From Pseudovirgaria hyperparasitica (Eukaryota), in the NCBI GenBank assembly GCA_010093815.1, contig ML996570.1: DNA of 64,000 bases; one strand, 5' to 3'. Below, in pieces: positions 23,327 to 36,143 of this stretch. How positions within the stretch are numbered: position 1 is the first letter of the stretch; each line of letters starts with the position of its first letter. Under the pieces are notes generated by a model. The model had not been told where the DNA came from. It saw only the letters and a list, made by a program, of their open reading frames with translations, and searched no databases. The position numbers and the translations under genes are program-made.

Positions 23327-25296
23327 TCACTCAGTAGAAGCCAGCGGTGGGAATAACATCCCTGCCTCGCCCTCAGGTATGTCAGGCGACTCCCCATAAG
23401 TCCGATCGCAACCGAATTCACAATGTGCCAACGTCCTCTTCTCCTCGCTCACACCCAGCATGTCCAACAACTGCCTGGCCTTGCCGGGCATGAACGGCTG
23501 CAGTAAGATGCCCAAGACCCTGATCGACTCGACAGCATGGAATATGGTAATGTCAAGCGGCTTATTGAGCCCCTTAGCATTCTCCTCGTTCGATTTCTTC
23601 TTGACCAGCATCCATGGCTCGGTCTGTTGGATGAAGGCATTTGCATGCAGCGGCAACTCAATAATGGCCTGAAGTGCCTGATTGACGTCGTTGTTTGCCA
23701 TCATCTGCGAAGCAATATCGCGAGCTTTCTTTATGTGTGCACGCATATCAACATACTCACGATTCTGGCTGTGTTTTTCCGTCGTCTCCATGACGGCGCG
23801 GCGGATGCTCCACTTGCCCTTCAGCAGGCGAGAGACTAAGTTGCCGATTCGATTGCGGAGAATAGTCTGGTATGTGTCGTATATTGCATAGTTGCTGTAG
23901 CTGCTATCTTTAGTAACATTACCGTGAAGAGCAAGGAAACAGCGCAGATTATCCACACCGAACCGGTCGAGTGCGAAAAAGGGGTTGATCACGTTGCCAG
24001 TTGATTTGGACATGCGTTCTTTGCCGAGAAGCCAGTAGCCATGAGTCAGAAATTGTTTGGGAAGGGGAATGTCAAGGGCCATCAGGAATGCGGGCCAGTA
24101 AATACAATGAAAGCTGATTATGATCAGTGGCTGTGGTTGCAAGGTGTATGCATTCCCTGACATACCGCATGATATCTTTGCCGATGATCTGACAATGGGC
24201 TGGCCAGCCACCTATACTCTCCTGTCCCGGGGTCCATGGGAACCCTGCAGCAGTGATATAATTTATGAGAGCGTCTAACCAGACATATATGGTTTGACTT
24301 GAGTCGGTAGGCACAGGTATCCCCCATGTTAATCGTGCACAGGGCCGCGAAACGGACAAATCTTCAGTGTCCGTGCCAGCTTCCACGCCACGAACGATAT
24401 CCTGCATTCGCACGTCTGGCAGGATCCAGCGCGGATTATCTTTGTACCATTCCAACAACCTTTCTCGAAAAGCTGAGAGTCGGAATCGGTAATTGATCTC
24501 TGAAACCCATTGAACCTCTTTACCTGTCTCTTTACTGACATTCTTCGTTTTCCCAGTTGCTGTGTCTAGCACACTATGCACTTGAGAAGTAGGATAGAAG
24601 GTCTCATCACTAACGGCATACCAGCCTTCATGCTTCGACTCATATAAGTAGCCCCGATCCGCCAGCATGGACCAAGCATACTGCACAGCTTCTATGTGAT
24701 CCTTGTCGGTAGTCCGTATAAACCGATCGTATTCAACATTACATTCGCTTGCTAGATTCTGCGGGTCTTAGACAGACGGTCACTATAAGCAGAGTGTTTG
24801 GGTGTACCTTGAACAATTGGGCACCGTCGTCGCAGAACGATTTACTTTTGATGCCGGCAAGGGCAGCTGCTTGTTGAATCTAGATTGTTGACAATGGTCA
24901 GGCCGATTGAAAATACAGTCTAATACTGCCATACCTTCATGCCATGCTCATCAGTCCCAGTACACAATATAGCTCTCTTTCCGCATAAAGTGTGCCATCT
25001 CTTCATTATGTCTCCCAGTATCATGGTGTACATATGCCCAATATGAGGCGCTTTCCTTCCATAAGCTTGGGATAGGCCTTGCGGAGTCGAGAGATATCAT
25101 TCGCACCTGCATTGACATAGAATATAGGCGTAGTGATGTATACTGGCCGGTCATCTGAAGCTGTTGAAGCTGTGCTTGAGTAGTAGTGCCACTGCCGCAA
25201 GTCCGTGCGCAAGGAACATGATGGCAAGAAACTCGTTCGTGATACTATGCGAGAGACGGTACGCAACAGTGGCGGAGGTAGAAGTCGTGGTGCCAT
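23327..25296 (-). CDS. MSM1: Mitochondrial methionyl-tRNA synthetase (multi-exon)
   Basis: YITTPIFYVNA|APHIGH (HIGH), TGTDEHG, YVWLDALINY, IGKDI, RMSKS (KMSKS); Arg/Ser-rich presequence. Confidence 0.95.
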
Positions 25297-25558
25297 TGCA
25301 TGAAGCAGATCCCCCGACACGATGAATTCAAGTCGCATGTCCAGAGCTACCAGATATGATGGTCCGAGCTTACAATGGGTAGTCACGTGCAAGGTCCCAT
25401 ATGTAAATCTTCCGACCAACACTCCATCTCTATGTTCTGTATCCGTTCTTTTGGCCAGTCCAACACTCATCTGGCATGACTAGCGAACGTAAAACATACC
25501 GATCGAGTGCTCCGAGACGAGGCAGACAACGTCAAACATCTAGCTCTTTGGCTCGTGC

Positions 25559-25604
25559 CGCTTTCTCCTGCCTTAAACATCGCTTTCTCCTGCCTTAAAC
25601 ATCG
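25559..25604. repeat. Perfect 22-bp tandem duplication (CGCTTTCTCCTGCCTTAAACAT)x2
   Basis: Read directly from sequence. Confidence 0.9.
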
Positions 25605-25753
25605 AGCCATGCAGAATGGGATGAATCTGGAACAAGATTCTCCACGGAACACGACGGCCCAGTTGAGTGGTGAGATGCGTGCAGGACGTCGTATCTTCAT
25701 CTGCGGAGATAAGGCATCCAAGTCTGGGGTCCCCTGAGTCGAGACGCCTCATC

Positions 25754-26010
25754 TGTCTCTATTCAAACCCATTTTTGTCTTCTATTCAAACCCCCTTTTA
25801 GGCAGTCCCTCACCCAGTCTCCTCTCATAAACCAAGTTCTATTTAGAATACACCCTAGCTATTATGTCAGTTCTGAAACATGCAGACTCTGTTTTGCGTT
25901 CTGCATGCGTACTTGATGTGGACGCCGCCAATGTGCATCTGATGCCTTACGATTCGATACGACCCTTTTGACACCTCAATAGAACCCAGAGTTGAATAGA
26001 GACACCCTGT
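25754..26010. mobile_element. Degenerate MITE-like element (~255 bp), possibly Tc1/mariner-derived
   Basis: 13-bp perfect inverted repeat TGTCTCTATTCAA (25754-66) / TTGAATAGAGACA (25992-26004); right end reads CAGGGTGTCTC on the minus strand; sub-terminal direct repeat TCTATTCAAACCC x2; no ORF; no clear TA target-site duplication. Confidence 0.5.
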
Positions 26011-26487
26011 CATTTAGGCGCATCTAACTATTGGTTTCTCGCATATCGGCCAAGAGCAAGATTCGCCGGAGTCAAGGTCACATCCTTGACCATCTCATTC
26101 TCCATCGTATCCATCTAGCTGTTCCCAGTTTTTCCTGACCCATCGTCTTTCCTTGCGTAGGATCAAGGTATGCGTCAATATTGAAAGCCTCCTGGACTGA
26201 CGACTCGTCCCAACTTGAACGTACACGTTATTTTTTAACAAACTTCGGGGCTGAGTCGTTTGGTTGAAGCCCCTCAATATTGCATTCCTGCTCTGATCAG
26301 ACTGGGTCAGTATCAGTATCAACGAGTCCCGCTGTGTTTGAGCCTATATAAAACGCTCAAGTCGCACGAGCTTTTCCTTCCTGTACCAAACAACCTCTCT
26401 GTTCCTCCTTCAGCTTCCTTCACAAGCATCGCCCTCACAACCCAACACCCAGCCTATTCATTCGATACTCTTTTCGGCCTATACACC

Positions 26488-26661
26488 ATGTACCTCAAGC
26501 ATCTCATGGTTGCCTTTGGCCTGGCCTTGATGGCCAGCGCCTCCGCCCGCTACAAAGTCGATGATTCGAAAATCGAAGTGAGAGACCCGAAGTCACCCAT
26601 TTACCATGAGAAGCCCCACAACGTCCAGTGCCAACATCTAGGCGAGCCTTGTGGTGGCTAA
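26488..26661 (+). CDS. Small secreted peptide (57 aa), candidate effector, possibly truncated
   Basis: TATATAAA at ~26345, caccATG, signal peptide MYLKHLMVAFGLALMASASA, C-terminal CQHLGEPCGG*. Confidence 0.6.
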   Translation: MYLKHLMVAFGLALMASASARYKVDDSKIEVRDPKSPIYHEKPHNVQCQHLGEPCGG

Positions 26662-27613
26662 GTTTGTTCAGCCCCGGTGGATAAAGCTCTCCTCGATCCG
26701 CATGGCACTGTCGCGGCGCATCCTACCGCCATGGAAGCTTTATATCAGAATATCATTAGACGATGTCGGTCGATACTTAGCACGTTAAAGTAGCCTATCG
26801 TCAGTGAACAATCATACAAATCTGGTTTACAGTCCACTCGAAGGACGCCTCCAATTCACCAAGCCACACCTCGCATCTGGATCGCCAAGTCACTGGTTAC
26901 TCTTAGAGACATCGACAATCGGAGAACTTCATCCTCTTACACTTTTCATATAGTACGCTGACCTGAATGCAATTTGGTTCATGGTTTTCGGATATCGCAA
27001 TTTTTTTGTAGTCACAGGCAACACACATATTCTTCCTAGTCAGCCCCGACGGTGACAGATTATGTTCATAGAAAGAGGGGGAAACGTACACTGCTTGTTT
27101 CCGTTTGCCTCAGATAATTTGCTGTTGGATACAAAGTTCCAGTCGTTACCGTCGAATACTCACATATATATATACAATGCTTTTATTTACCACGGGCCTT
27201 CACTTTACATAGCTTTTCCAATACTACAGTACCAGGACATTGATCTAGGAACATTTCAGGCAGCGAGGTGTATCCAGATGAATTATCCCTCACTGTATGT
27301 CGGGATTAACACTTCTGCCATGTTCAGACGTTGCATATTTTAGCCTGGTCATCATCCTGCGATTCTTCTAATCAAGCAGAGCACTGTTGTAGCGAACATC
27401 TCGACAGTTCGTAACCGAGGTCCACCGGCTACTCCAAACACACTTCCGCAACTAGTCACGCGCTATACCCGAACCAGCAACTAGCACAGCTGGACACCTA
27501 CTTTATTGCAACCTCAGATTTACGTTCCGGAGCAATTATCAGGATTTCATACCTCCTCTTTACAGTGTTCCACAAAGAACTAATCATTACAGCAAGTAAT
27601 ACTATTACACACT

Positions 27614-29685
27614 ATGGCCAAACCCCAGATCACATTGTACATTGATATCGTGTCGCCATTCGGGTATTTGGCATTTTATGCACTGCGGGTACGTCATCTC
27701 TTTTCTGATTACTACGTGTATGCGACGATCTACCTCTCCTTATGATCGATACCTTTTCTCAATACAAAAACCCACTACGGCCAAGAGATGTTTTTACTAA
27801 TCCAAGATAGAACTTCCCTGTCTTCAAAGCATGCGATATCACGTACGTGCCTATTTTACTAGGCGGCGTCATGAAGGACGTGGGAAATCGTCCTCCATTC
27901 ACTGTCAAAAGTAAGTTTCGTGCTGTATCTTTCTTGAGAGATTAGGTGTGCGCGCGTTGGAGTGATTGTGAATGCTACTGAAAAGGTTGGGACACCACTC
28001 GCTGGCATATGCTCCGGTTCCTCTGAATTCTCAAAGAGCAAAGTTTAACTTTGTTTACGGGATCCTGAGCGCTCTGTGTGTCAAAGCGACATTGTGATAA
28101 TGGCACATTGTGTATGTGACCCTGTTGAGTATATCATGGGACTTGTTAAAGTGCCGTGAGCGAACTTCCCTTCAGACACATTTCAAATTATTGCTGCAAA
28201 ACCTGAGCGTCATTATTTCGATCTTATCACCGATGGATACACCTCACAGCCGCGGGCAACCTACTCCTAATACCACGGACGACTCCAAATACGTCAGTTT
28301 CGGTGTGTTCTTTGGGACTACTACGTTACTGGTATTACTTTTCTTTCAGGGTATTCTCGCCGCCATTATTTATTTTGGCCTTGATACCCCACGCAGGAAG
28401 ATGCTAGATAGGAATCATCATTCAGCACCCGATTTCGTAAGTCATAATGAGCCCTAAATAGTACTTGATCGACTGATATTCCTAATGAATGCCAGACGAG
28501 TCATCGCGCAGAACACTGTTCAAATCAGTACTGGCGATGAAGAATCGTTTCATGACGGCTTTCAATCAGTCACAACTTCGGTTCGTACCACTGGCGCCAT
28601 TCAACAATCCAATCCCATGGACTACGAGTCTGCCATAGTCTCTGAATCTGCACCGCATGTCTCATACCAAAACTCCTCCGGATACGAACAAAGGTCAAGC
28701 GTAGGTCAGCCGAGCTTTGACTCTGAACCGGTCAGCCCCTTGGAGAGTCCTAAGGACAGCAGTATAGGATTTGGAGATCCTAGCTCCTCAGATGTCTCGA
28801 GTGTCTACCAGCAAAGAACCATTTACTCCCATAATCAACCAGCACAAGTCCACCTCCAGGGACCACACCCTTTTTCCCAATCACAGAGCGCCCAAATCTG
28901 CAACCCCTCGCCATATTCTCCGCATGGCTCTACATCCAACGACATTGATTCGATCCGTACGACTGTAGCCTCTGAGAAATACAACACAACACAGCTTGGC
29001 CACAAGTCCTGACCGAGCACATAATCCTCCACGAAGACAGCAGCTTACAGCACACACTGATTACCTATTTCATGCTCTACCTCCGCCCCTCTCCATCACG
29101 CCCCCCTTACAGCAACTAACCACCCCTTTCACAGACAAAGACACCTGGATCGCCAAAGAACGTACACGCTGGCAAAAGACCTTCTCCATCCCGATGCTCA
29201 CCGGCATGCCGCCCAAATTCCCTGCAAACACCGTCCTCGTCCAACGTGCTTTGACGCACGTTTTCCTTACCACACCCTCAGCCACGGCCGACGCCGCCGC
29301 CGCCTGCTTCGAAGCGTACTGGGTCAAAGGGCTTGACATCACCGAACCGACCGTCGTGCATGCGGCGCTGGAGAAAGCGCTGGGACCCAAGGAGGCAGGC
29401 GATGCGTTGGAGGGCGCCAAGAGCGTCCGAGCGAAAGAAGAGTTGGGCAGACTGAGCAAAGGCGCTGTGAATGAGGGCGCGTTTGGGTTGCCATATTTTG
29501 TTGGTGAGTTGAACCGCTGTTGGGTGGTGGAGGATAGGGGTATAGGAAGTGTAGCTAAACATCGAGTAGCGACGAATGCAAAGGGCGAGAAGGAAACTTT
29601 CTGGGGGTTTGATCATTTGGGACAGGTGTGTCGCCATCTCGAGATTGATATGCCGCGCGAGGGCGGGTGGAGATCGGTGTTGTAG
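27614..29685 (+). CDS. 2-hydroxychromene-2-carboxylate isomerase / kappa-class GST (DsbA-like); 4 exons (introns 27689-27810, 27911-29134, 29504-29569)
   Basis: MAKPQITLYIDIVSPFGYLAF, YVPILLGGVMK..GNRPP, N|KDTWIAKERTRW, GAFGLPYF, FWGFDHL; phases match across all three introns. Confidence 0.88.
28233..29012 (+). CDS. Putative nested gene in intron 2 of the HCCA isomerase: single-pass membrane protein with Ser/Pro/Gln-rich tail (~234 aa; intron 28437-28511)
   Basis: Exon 1 has hydrophobic FGVFFGTTTLLVLLFFQGILAAIIYFGL then RRK; GTAAGT donor in phase 0; acceptor 28511 joins the 28485-29012 ORF in frame. Confidence 0.55.
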
Positions 29686-30159
29686 GTGTCTTGATGTAAC
29701 TATGGAACTCGGCGGTGCAAGATGGGGGAGACCCTATCTGGTGAGGAAGAAAATGTACGCCTACGCGTCGCCATCTGGCTCAGAGAAGAAATAGTGCAAT
29801 GGAGTGGGGATAGTCAGTAAGGATTTATTTTTATAGTGAAGTGGGTATCTTTGTTCCTTCATATGCATAAACTTCATAAGTAATGATCGATCCAAACATG
29901 TTGCCCGTAGCATACGACGCCCTTGAATCATGCGATGTGAAGAGACAAACGCCCATGCCAATGCAGTCTTAGAGATACAGAAGCCCAGAACCCACCCGAC
30001 ACTCGCTATGCCCGATAACCCTGATATAACAAAAGAAACTATTCATGCCATTTCGATTTCGTCATAGCTGTACATCTCGCGCAATTCCTGACACCGTCTC
30101 TGCAGAGAACGCACACGGGCCATGCGTTGTAGTCTTGCAGCTCCTTCCTATCGACCATG

Positions 30160-33100
30160 TTAGCTCGCATAACTAGCAGCAGATAGAACCCGCGACGCAG
30201 GTGCCGAAGCTACTACATTATCATGAGCTGCTGGCTGCGTAAGTCTCTGGCGAACTCCTGCAAGAGAAGTGTTACTTCCGATAGACGAGTTTGCACCAGT
30301 CTGAAGGCCAATGTTACGGGTGCTGCGTCGCCGGTTGATAGTAGGCGATGGTGGGTTGGCACCCTGATTTGTAGACGAAGCACTTGCAGGCGTCGATGTA
30401 GGAGGATGACTAGTGTTCATTGACACGTATGCACCCCCTGCAGAGAACCTGTTAGCTCCATTTGATATGATTGAACCTTGCGCTGGGGTTCCAGGATTAC
30501 TCGAGATGCTCGGCCTTCTACTATTTGGAGCGAAGGGGTTGGTAGCGCGCAGCTCTCTTAGGCGACCTTGAACAAGTTCGTTTGCACGACGTTGTCGCTC
30601 CTCTACCGACAGACCAGAGGTCGAGGTTGGATTTGCACGGGTTCCAGGACCAGCACCAGTTGCAGCTGAATTGATTGGCGACAATTGTACGCCGTCATTC
30701 TGACGTAGTGTACGCGTCGACGGCTGGCTATGCAATCTTTGCACAGATGGCTGAGCGCGAAGTGTCATGCGTGATCTTTGTGCCCTCATCGCCCCAGTTG
30801 GAGCTACCTCATCTCTGACATCAGCCCTGGATTGTTGCGTGCGGAGGGCGCGACGTGAAGTCGAAGGACGGAGCGTTGCTGTGGAAGATTGCTCTCGAAG
30901 CCTCTGTGAAGATTGTCTGGGTCGAGGTGCGTTGCCGTGCATGCCAATGAAAGCCGAATACGGATTTCTTGTCTGAGATTGCCAAGTACGTTGCGCAAAA
31001 TTGAGCCCAGGGCCACCCAAACTCGATCCAGGTGCAATTTGAAGACCAGGATGAGTACCCATGAAGCTTTGGGATCCTCGTCGGCTTGAAGACGAGGGTG
31101 GTCGTGCTGGAAGCCGGCTTGCAGGGCGTTCAATAGGGTCCATGGGAAAAGACGTCACACCCGGTGGTACGCTGCTCATGGTATTGGAAGGACGATGCCG
31201 ATCGTCAGGTGAAGGAAAAGTACTTCGGAGTGTCGATCCACTACCCACAGAACCTACAGATGTCTCTCGATCGAGGCGAACTCCATTGTGAAAGCTGTGC
31301 GCATCTGTCGTGGAGAGGTTGGAACTTACGCTACCGGTCCGTTCGGATCGCGAGGTTGATTCGGCATTGGTGGCCATATGAAAGGATTGCCTATCGGCTC
31401 TTCGTGTACGAGGTGAAAGATCACTAGGTGCCGTCAAGGGGTTCACGTTGTTAGAAAGTGGCGAGAAAGGCGTTGGTGTAATAGACTGGGCATTCCGGTT
31501 GCGATTCGCGGTACGTGGTCGAGCTATTGGCGTCGTCGAACGGAGCTCTTCGAGCCAGTTGATTTGTTGGGTTAGTGCGGCTTGCATCTCATTCTGATGC
31601 TGGGCAAACATCCAGCTGATACGTGGATTATATTCCTGTCTATTTTGACCCAGCTGTCGCCGTCTAGGGGACTGGATGGATGTGTCATCCGAATTGTCAT
31701 CGTCTTCGCCATCCAGACCGTCCCCTAACGTCAGAGTATTCGTAGAGCGACCAGGCTGCGAGGATGGAAAGGGGCCGTGAAGTCGGATTCTCGAGTTGCG
31801 ATTGCGAAGCTGGCCTCCATTCATGACGGTATCACCATCGCGATCCATTTCTGAGTCATCATCATCTGCCTCGCCGTCTTCGTAATTACTAGTCGATACG
31901 GACAGAATCGAGCTTCTTCTTCGTAGTCCTCGGGAACCGTCTGGGAAACGTGTCTGGCCAATTCGAGATCGGGGCCGAGCTTGTAGGGTTGGTCTATCTG
32001 CAACAGGCGTTAGAGAATTCGTGATCCGAGGTCGCGCGTTTGGGTCCGCAGTCTGTTCCCACCCAACTGTCGTGCGCCCACCGTCGCTTTCATCTCCTTG
32101 GCCCTCCTCCACATCCTCTTCCGGTCCATGTTGCAGGGGCGACCATCCATGTCGGCTAAGCAGTCGTTGTGTATCCTCATCAAGATCGTGGTCCGCTGAA
32201 GCGTCTGTTGATATAGACGAGGCGACTCTATGAGATCCTCCATTGGCCCGCGAGAGGACCCGTTGTTGTCGTCGTTGACGTCCAGGTCGAACTGGACCAC
32301 CCTCTTCATCATCATCGTCATCGTCATCGGCTTGCGTGGACCTTGGTCCGATGCTAGACGTTTCGGATTCAACAACACGACGATTCCTAGCCCTACGGCG
32401 CTGGCTTGATTGACTTGAGATTGGTGGTTGCGGAGTTTGGCTATTGGTGGAACCGCTGGCATCGGACATCTGTTCGGTTGCGCGATCATCCAGGAACCCG
32501 CTCATTGATGAATCCTCATCGTCCATATCTTCCTCCTCCTCCTCTTCAAGCATCTCAAGGTCCTCGGTGCCGTACATGTCTGAGGCTGAAGCAATGCTCG
32601 CGCTGTATCGCTGGCGACCACCGGCAGCACTATGTGCTGCGGGTCGTCTACGTGCAAGTCCGGCGGGCATGGCGGCGCGTGCCGCCGCTGGGTGGTTGTT
32701 CAGCCATTGGCTCACTACCAAGTCGGCTTCGTCCATGTAGGCTTCTTCCGAGTACGGAAGGTCCCCGGTGCCTTCAAGGTCGTCCTCATCAGGAAAATCG
32801 TCTTCATCCATGTAATCATCACCAATGTCAATATCTCTGTCCATGTCTTCACTAGAGCCACCCATGTCCGACTCGTCGACATCGATTGCGTCGAGGTGAA
32901 ATTCGATGTCGTCCGCCTCAAATCCGCATCTTTGACAACTGCCCTCTTCAAGCTCCCAGGTGCAGAATGGGCACCTGTCGACATTGTCTTCGAAGTCTCG
33001 GATAGCACGCCTAGGCCCCAAGCGAGACAAATTGGATCTAAAAACGCCTTTGAACAGCCCCCCTAATCTTGGGTCGTCATTCTCACGATCTTTCTGTACT

Positions 33101-33850
33101 GCTTCTGCCTCTTCTGCTCGCCATGCTTTGTGCTGCTCGAGACTTTCGCCGACTGGGAGGTATTCGGCGCGATTGATGAAGATTGTTGTCATTTCTCGGA
33201 TCTTAAACAATCAGCATGCATACGTTGAACAACACGATAGGGGTCACATACTAGATATGCTGGTGATGGTACCTGAGTGACCAATGTGCGGCAGTCGGGA
33301 CATGTTTTGCGTTTCTTGTTGTTAACAAACCAGTGGGAGAGGCACTATGTGCTTGTCAGCTCGAACCTGCGTGCTGAATGATATAGGTAACTCACACTGT
33401 AGCAATAAATGTGCCCACACGCAACCACATAGGGCTCGTATAACAGTTTATCGCATATCTTGCACGTAATAATAGATCGAAGACTGGCAAAATCTTCAGA
33501 ATAGCCTTTCAATAGCTGCATTATTCTGTCAGTAGAGCTCATATCAATTCCGCGGGATTGCTGGCCTCTTCATTTTTGCTGAGCGTTGCAGACTCATCCA
33601 GCTTCTTCGAGCCCTTTGATTTCAGGCTGATACTACTGGCAGTCCGGGTGGGCTTGTCCTTGTTCTCGACAGCCTTGTTGAACGCTGTATCGGAGCTTAT
33701 AGAGGGTCTCCTGGGTTGTTTGGACGAAGACGCAATAGCAGCTGATGGAGGGGGTGTACTAGTCTGAGCTAGATTGTTGGCTGGATTTGAAGACGATGCT
33801 GTGACTTTGCTTCGTGAGCCGGTGGGGGTGGGGGACGGTCGTGTGTCCAT
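30160..33850 (-). CDS. PSH1: RING-finger E3 ubiquitin ligase, Psh1-like, with long acidic/disordered C-terminus; 4 exons
   Basis: CKICDKLLYEPYVVACGHIYCYS|CLSHWF..KTCPDCR (C3HC4); DFEDNVDRCPFCTWELEEGSCQRCG second Cys cluster; first intron probably GC-AG (33516-33565). Orthology is inferred. Confidence 0.8.
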
Positions 33851-34921
33851 TATGGCGATAGAGTGGAAGACCTCAGTCCTGTGCCAGCTTCACGGAAGAG
33901 AGAGCTATGCAGCTCATGAGGCTCATGAGGCTCCTCGGCAGTATTGGGATGGATGGTCTCAGGTTCTGGGCAAAGTTGAAGACAGCACGGGCACGAAAGC
34001 AAAGCGAGTGCGCGATGGTTGTTTGTGAAAGCGTAAATGTGAGGCGCACCTACCGTTGTAGCAGCACTAACAATTATTGACTAAGCGAATCTATGCTGCC
34101 TGAGGGACAGGCTCACAAACAGCCGTAGTCTTGCCTAACATTTGAGGCCAACTTTCGCAATGTAATTCAGGAAAAGTCCGATTTCATCACCCTTCAGCCT
34201 GCTCCTCTACCTCCCTATATCACACATAGCATATCACATAACCGCTTTCGCTCGACTGCAATGTCACCCTGTTTTTACCGGGGACTAGATGTTGAACTGT
34301 GCTAGAAAAACCAGGTCCGATGTTTGCTCCTCTTTAAATGTCCGTGAGTCGGACATGCATAATCACATCTGATCTATTCGTTCTAGGCTTACTAACCTGT
34401 CAGAGCACATGTCGCATATTATGCCTTGATATACATTTCCTAACGATTGAGTTTAGGCAAGTTTTTCCTGCGTCAGTATCGATCATCCGTAGGACATGCG
34501 TAGGTATTTCTCTTGACCCTATCGCTGTTTGCACGCGTTTGTGCAATTCAGCTCTTGTTCATTTTAAAAAAAAAAGCTTGCAATTTCGGGTTTTCGTCCT
34601 GACATACATCCACTTGCATCTCATTTAAAACGCGTCAAGTCTTAAACCTGGTTCGCAGAGTAACAAGCCAGGCATACATTCTTAGATGTCATAAGTGCAA
34701 CAGAAAATGTCCGATACGCTCAAAATACTACCCCCTTGCAAAGTAACATATATGTGCTCGAAATTAGCCATTTTGCAGACTTCCGTTTCTCTGCGAGACC
34801 ATATTGATCGCAGATTTGGACGATCGTCATGTTCATACAGAGCGGTTGTCGTCGATAACTAACCAGTTCATCAGTTTCTGCTCAAAGCAGGCGCGCTTCT
34901 TGGAGTCACTTTGCATTACCT

Positions 34922-36143
34922 TCACTCACTAATGATAACGTCTAGATTGCCGTCCATTGGCGGGATGTATCCTGCGATTATATCATTCTCCGGTACCAAT
35001 TCTGTATTGGTATGTTTGATGAAATGTTTTTGTTCTCGTAAGAAGTTTTTCACCAAAGACGTTGGGCACTTTCGACCAGCGTGACGACTCTTCCTGAGCT
35101 CTTTCTGCAGGACTCTCATCCTCTCCTGCTGTATCTCGAGTCGGTATTCGATGAACTCGTAATGCAGTTCAGAGACGTCCGAAATACCACGCACAGTGGT
35201 CAAAACGCTGTCGTCTTTCAACTGGGCCGAACGCGGGCGAAAAGAGGTCACAGAGGTGATTCGCTCTCGGGCACCAAGTGCTCGAAGTGCCTGATGGGTG
35301 ATGTATCTACCTTGAAGTACGACGGCACAGCCCTGACACATTAGTCAGTGATTGCAGCACAGTCAAAACTGGCAACGAACCTTTCCTGGACCTCGGACTT
35401 TAATCACGTTCCCATCAGCTGTACGCAATGCCGTCTCACCACCGACCATATCGGTACAGTCGCTCAGCATGGTAACGCACACGAAAGGGTAGCTATCTGT
35501 ATGCCAACCAACGATTGGCTTGTCATCTTCGAACGGACAACCAGCAATACCCTCATCAGCGGCAAAGAACGACTTCTGCTTGTTAATGGCATCAAGTTCC
35601 TCAGCAGTTTGCTGCGCGGTCTTCATTGATAGATTAATATGCCCAATCTCGTAGTCCATGACCGGCACTAGATCAACACCGGCTATCTTCGATATGATCG
35701 CTAGTGTCTCGGGACAATGCCAAGCATCGTATGTGAACGGAGCATACCTGAATCTTAGCAAGTTTAAGGTACTTGTTGGGCAAGACTCACTTGGCAGCAT
35801 ATCCTCGAAACTGATGTGCGGCAATATTCGAAGAAAAAGAGCAGTCTCTCAAGACCTCGGGCTTGAAGATCTCCGTGCGCATTTCATTGATTGCTTCTTC
35901 AGAAAAGAGCTGAAAAGGCAGACTCACTGCCACAGGTGACACACCGGCATCCTCGTCATAGCCTAGGTCCTTCATCATAATGATATTTCCTGGAGGCTCA
36001 TAGGTAAGATGCGTTGCTGGATCGAACGTGGCAGCAGCTGATACTGCTTTATCATTGAACGCGGACTCTTGAGTCTTGATGACCGGTCCCACTAGGAATT
36101 CGGGTGCATTGAACACTTGCTGAGCTCGTACCTCGGTTGCCAT
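34922..36143 (-). CDS. Fungal Fe(II)/2-oxoglutarate dioxygenase-like protein (introns 35748-35790, 35333-35380; an optional last intron would move the stop to 34833)
   Basis: WHTDSYPFVCVTMLSD (HxD), GGET, QGRYITHQAL (distal His), RITSVTSF (Arg motif). Confidence 0.82.

Noticed and set aside
26903..27091. Minus-strand Cys-rich ORF (..CVAC..C..C..CRCL) with an intron-like signal
   Set aside because: Could not connect it to a start codon or signal peptide; at best a decayed fragment
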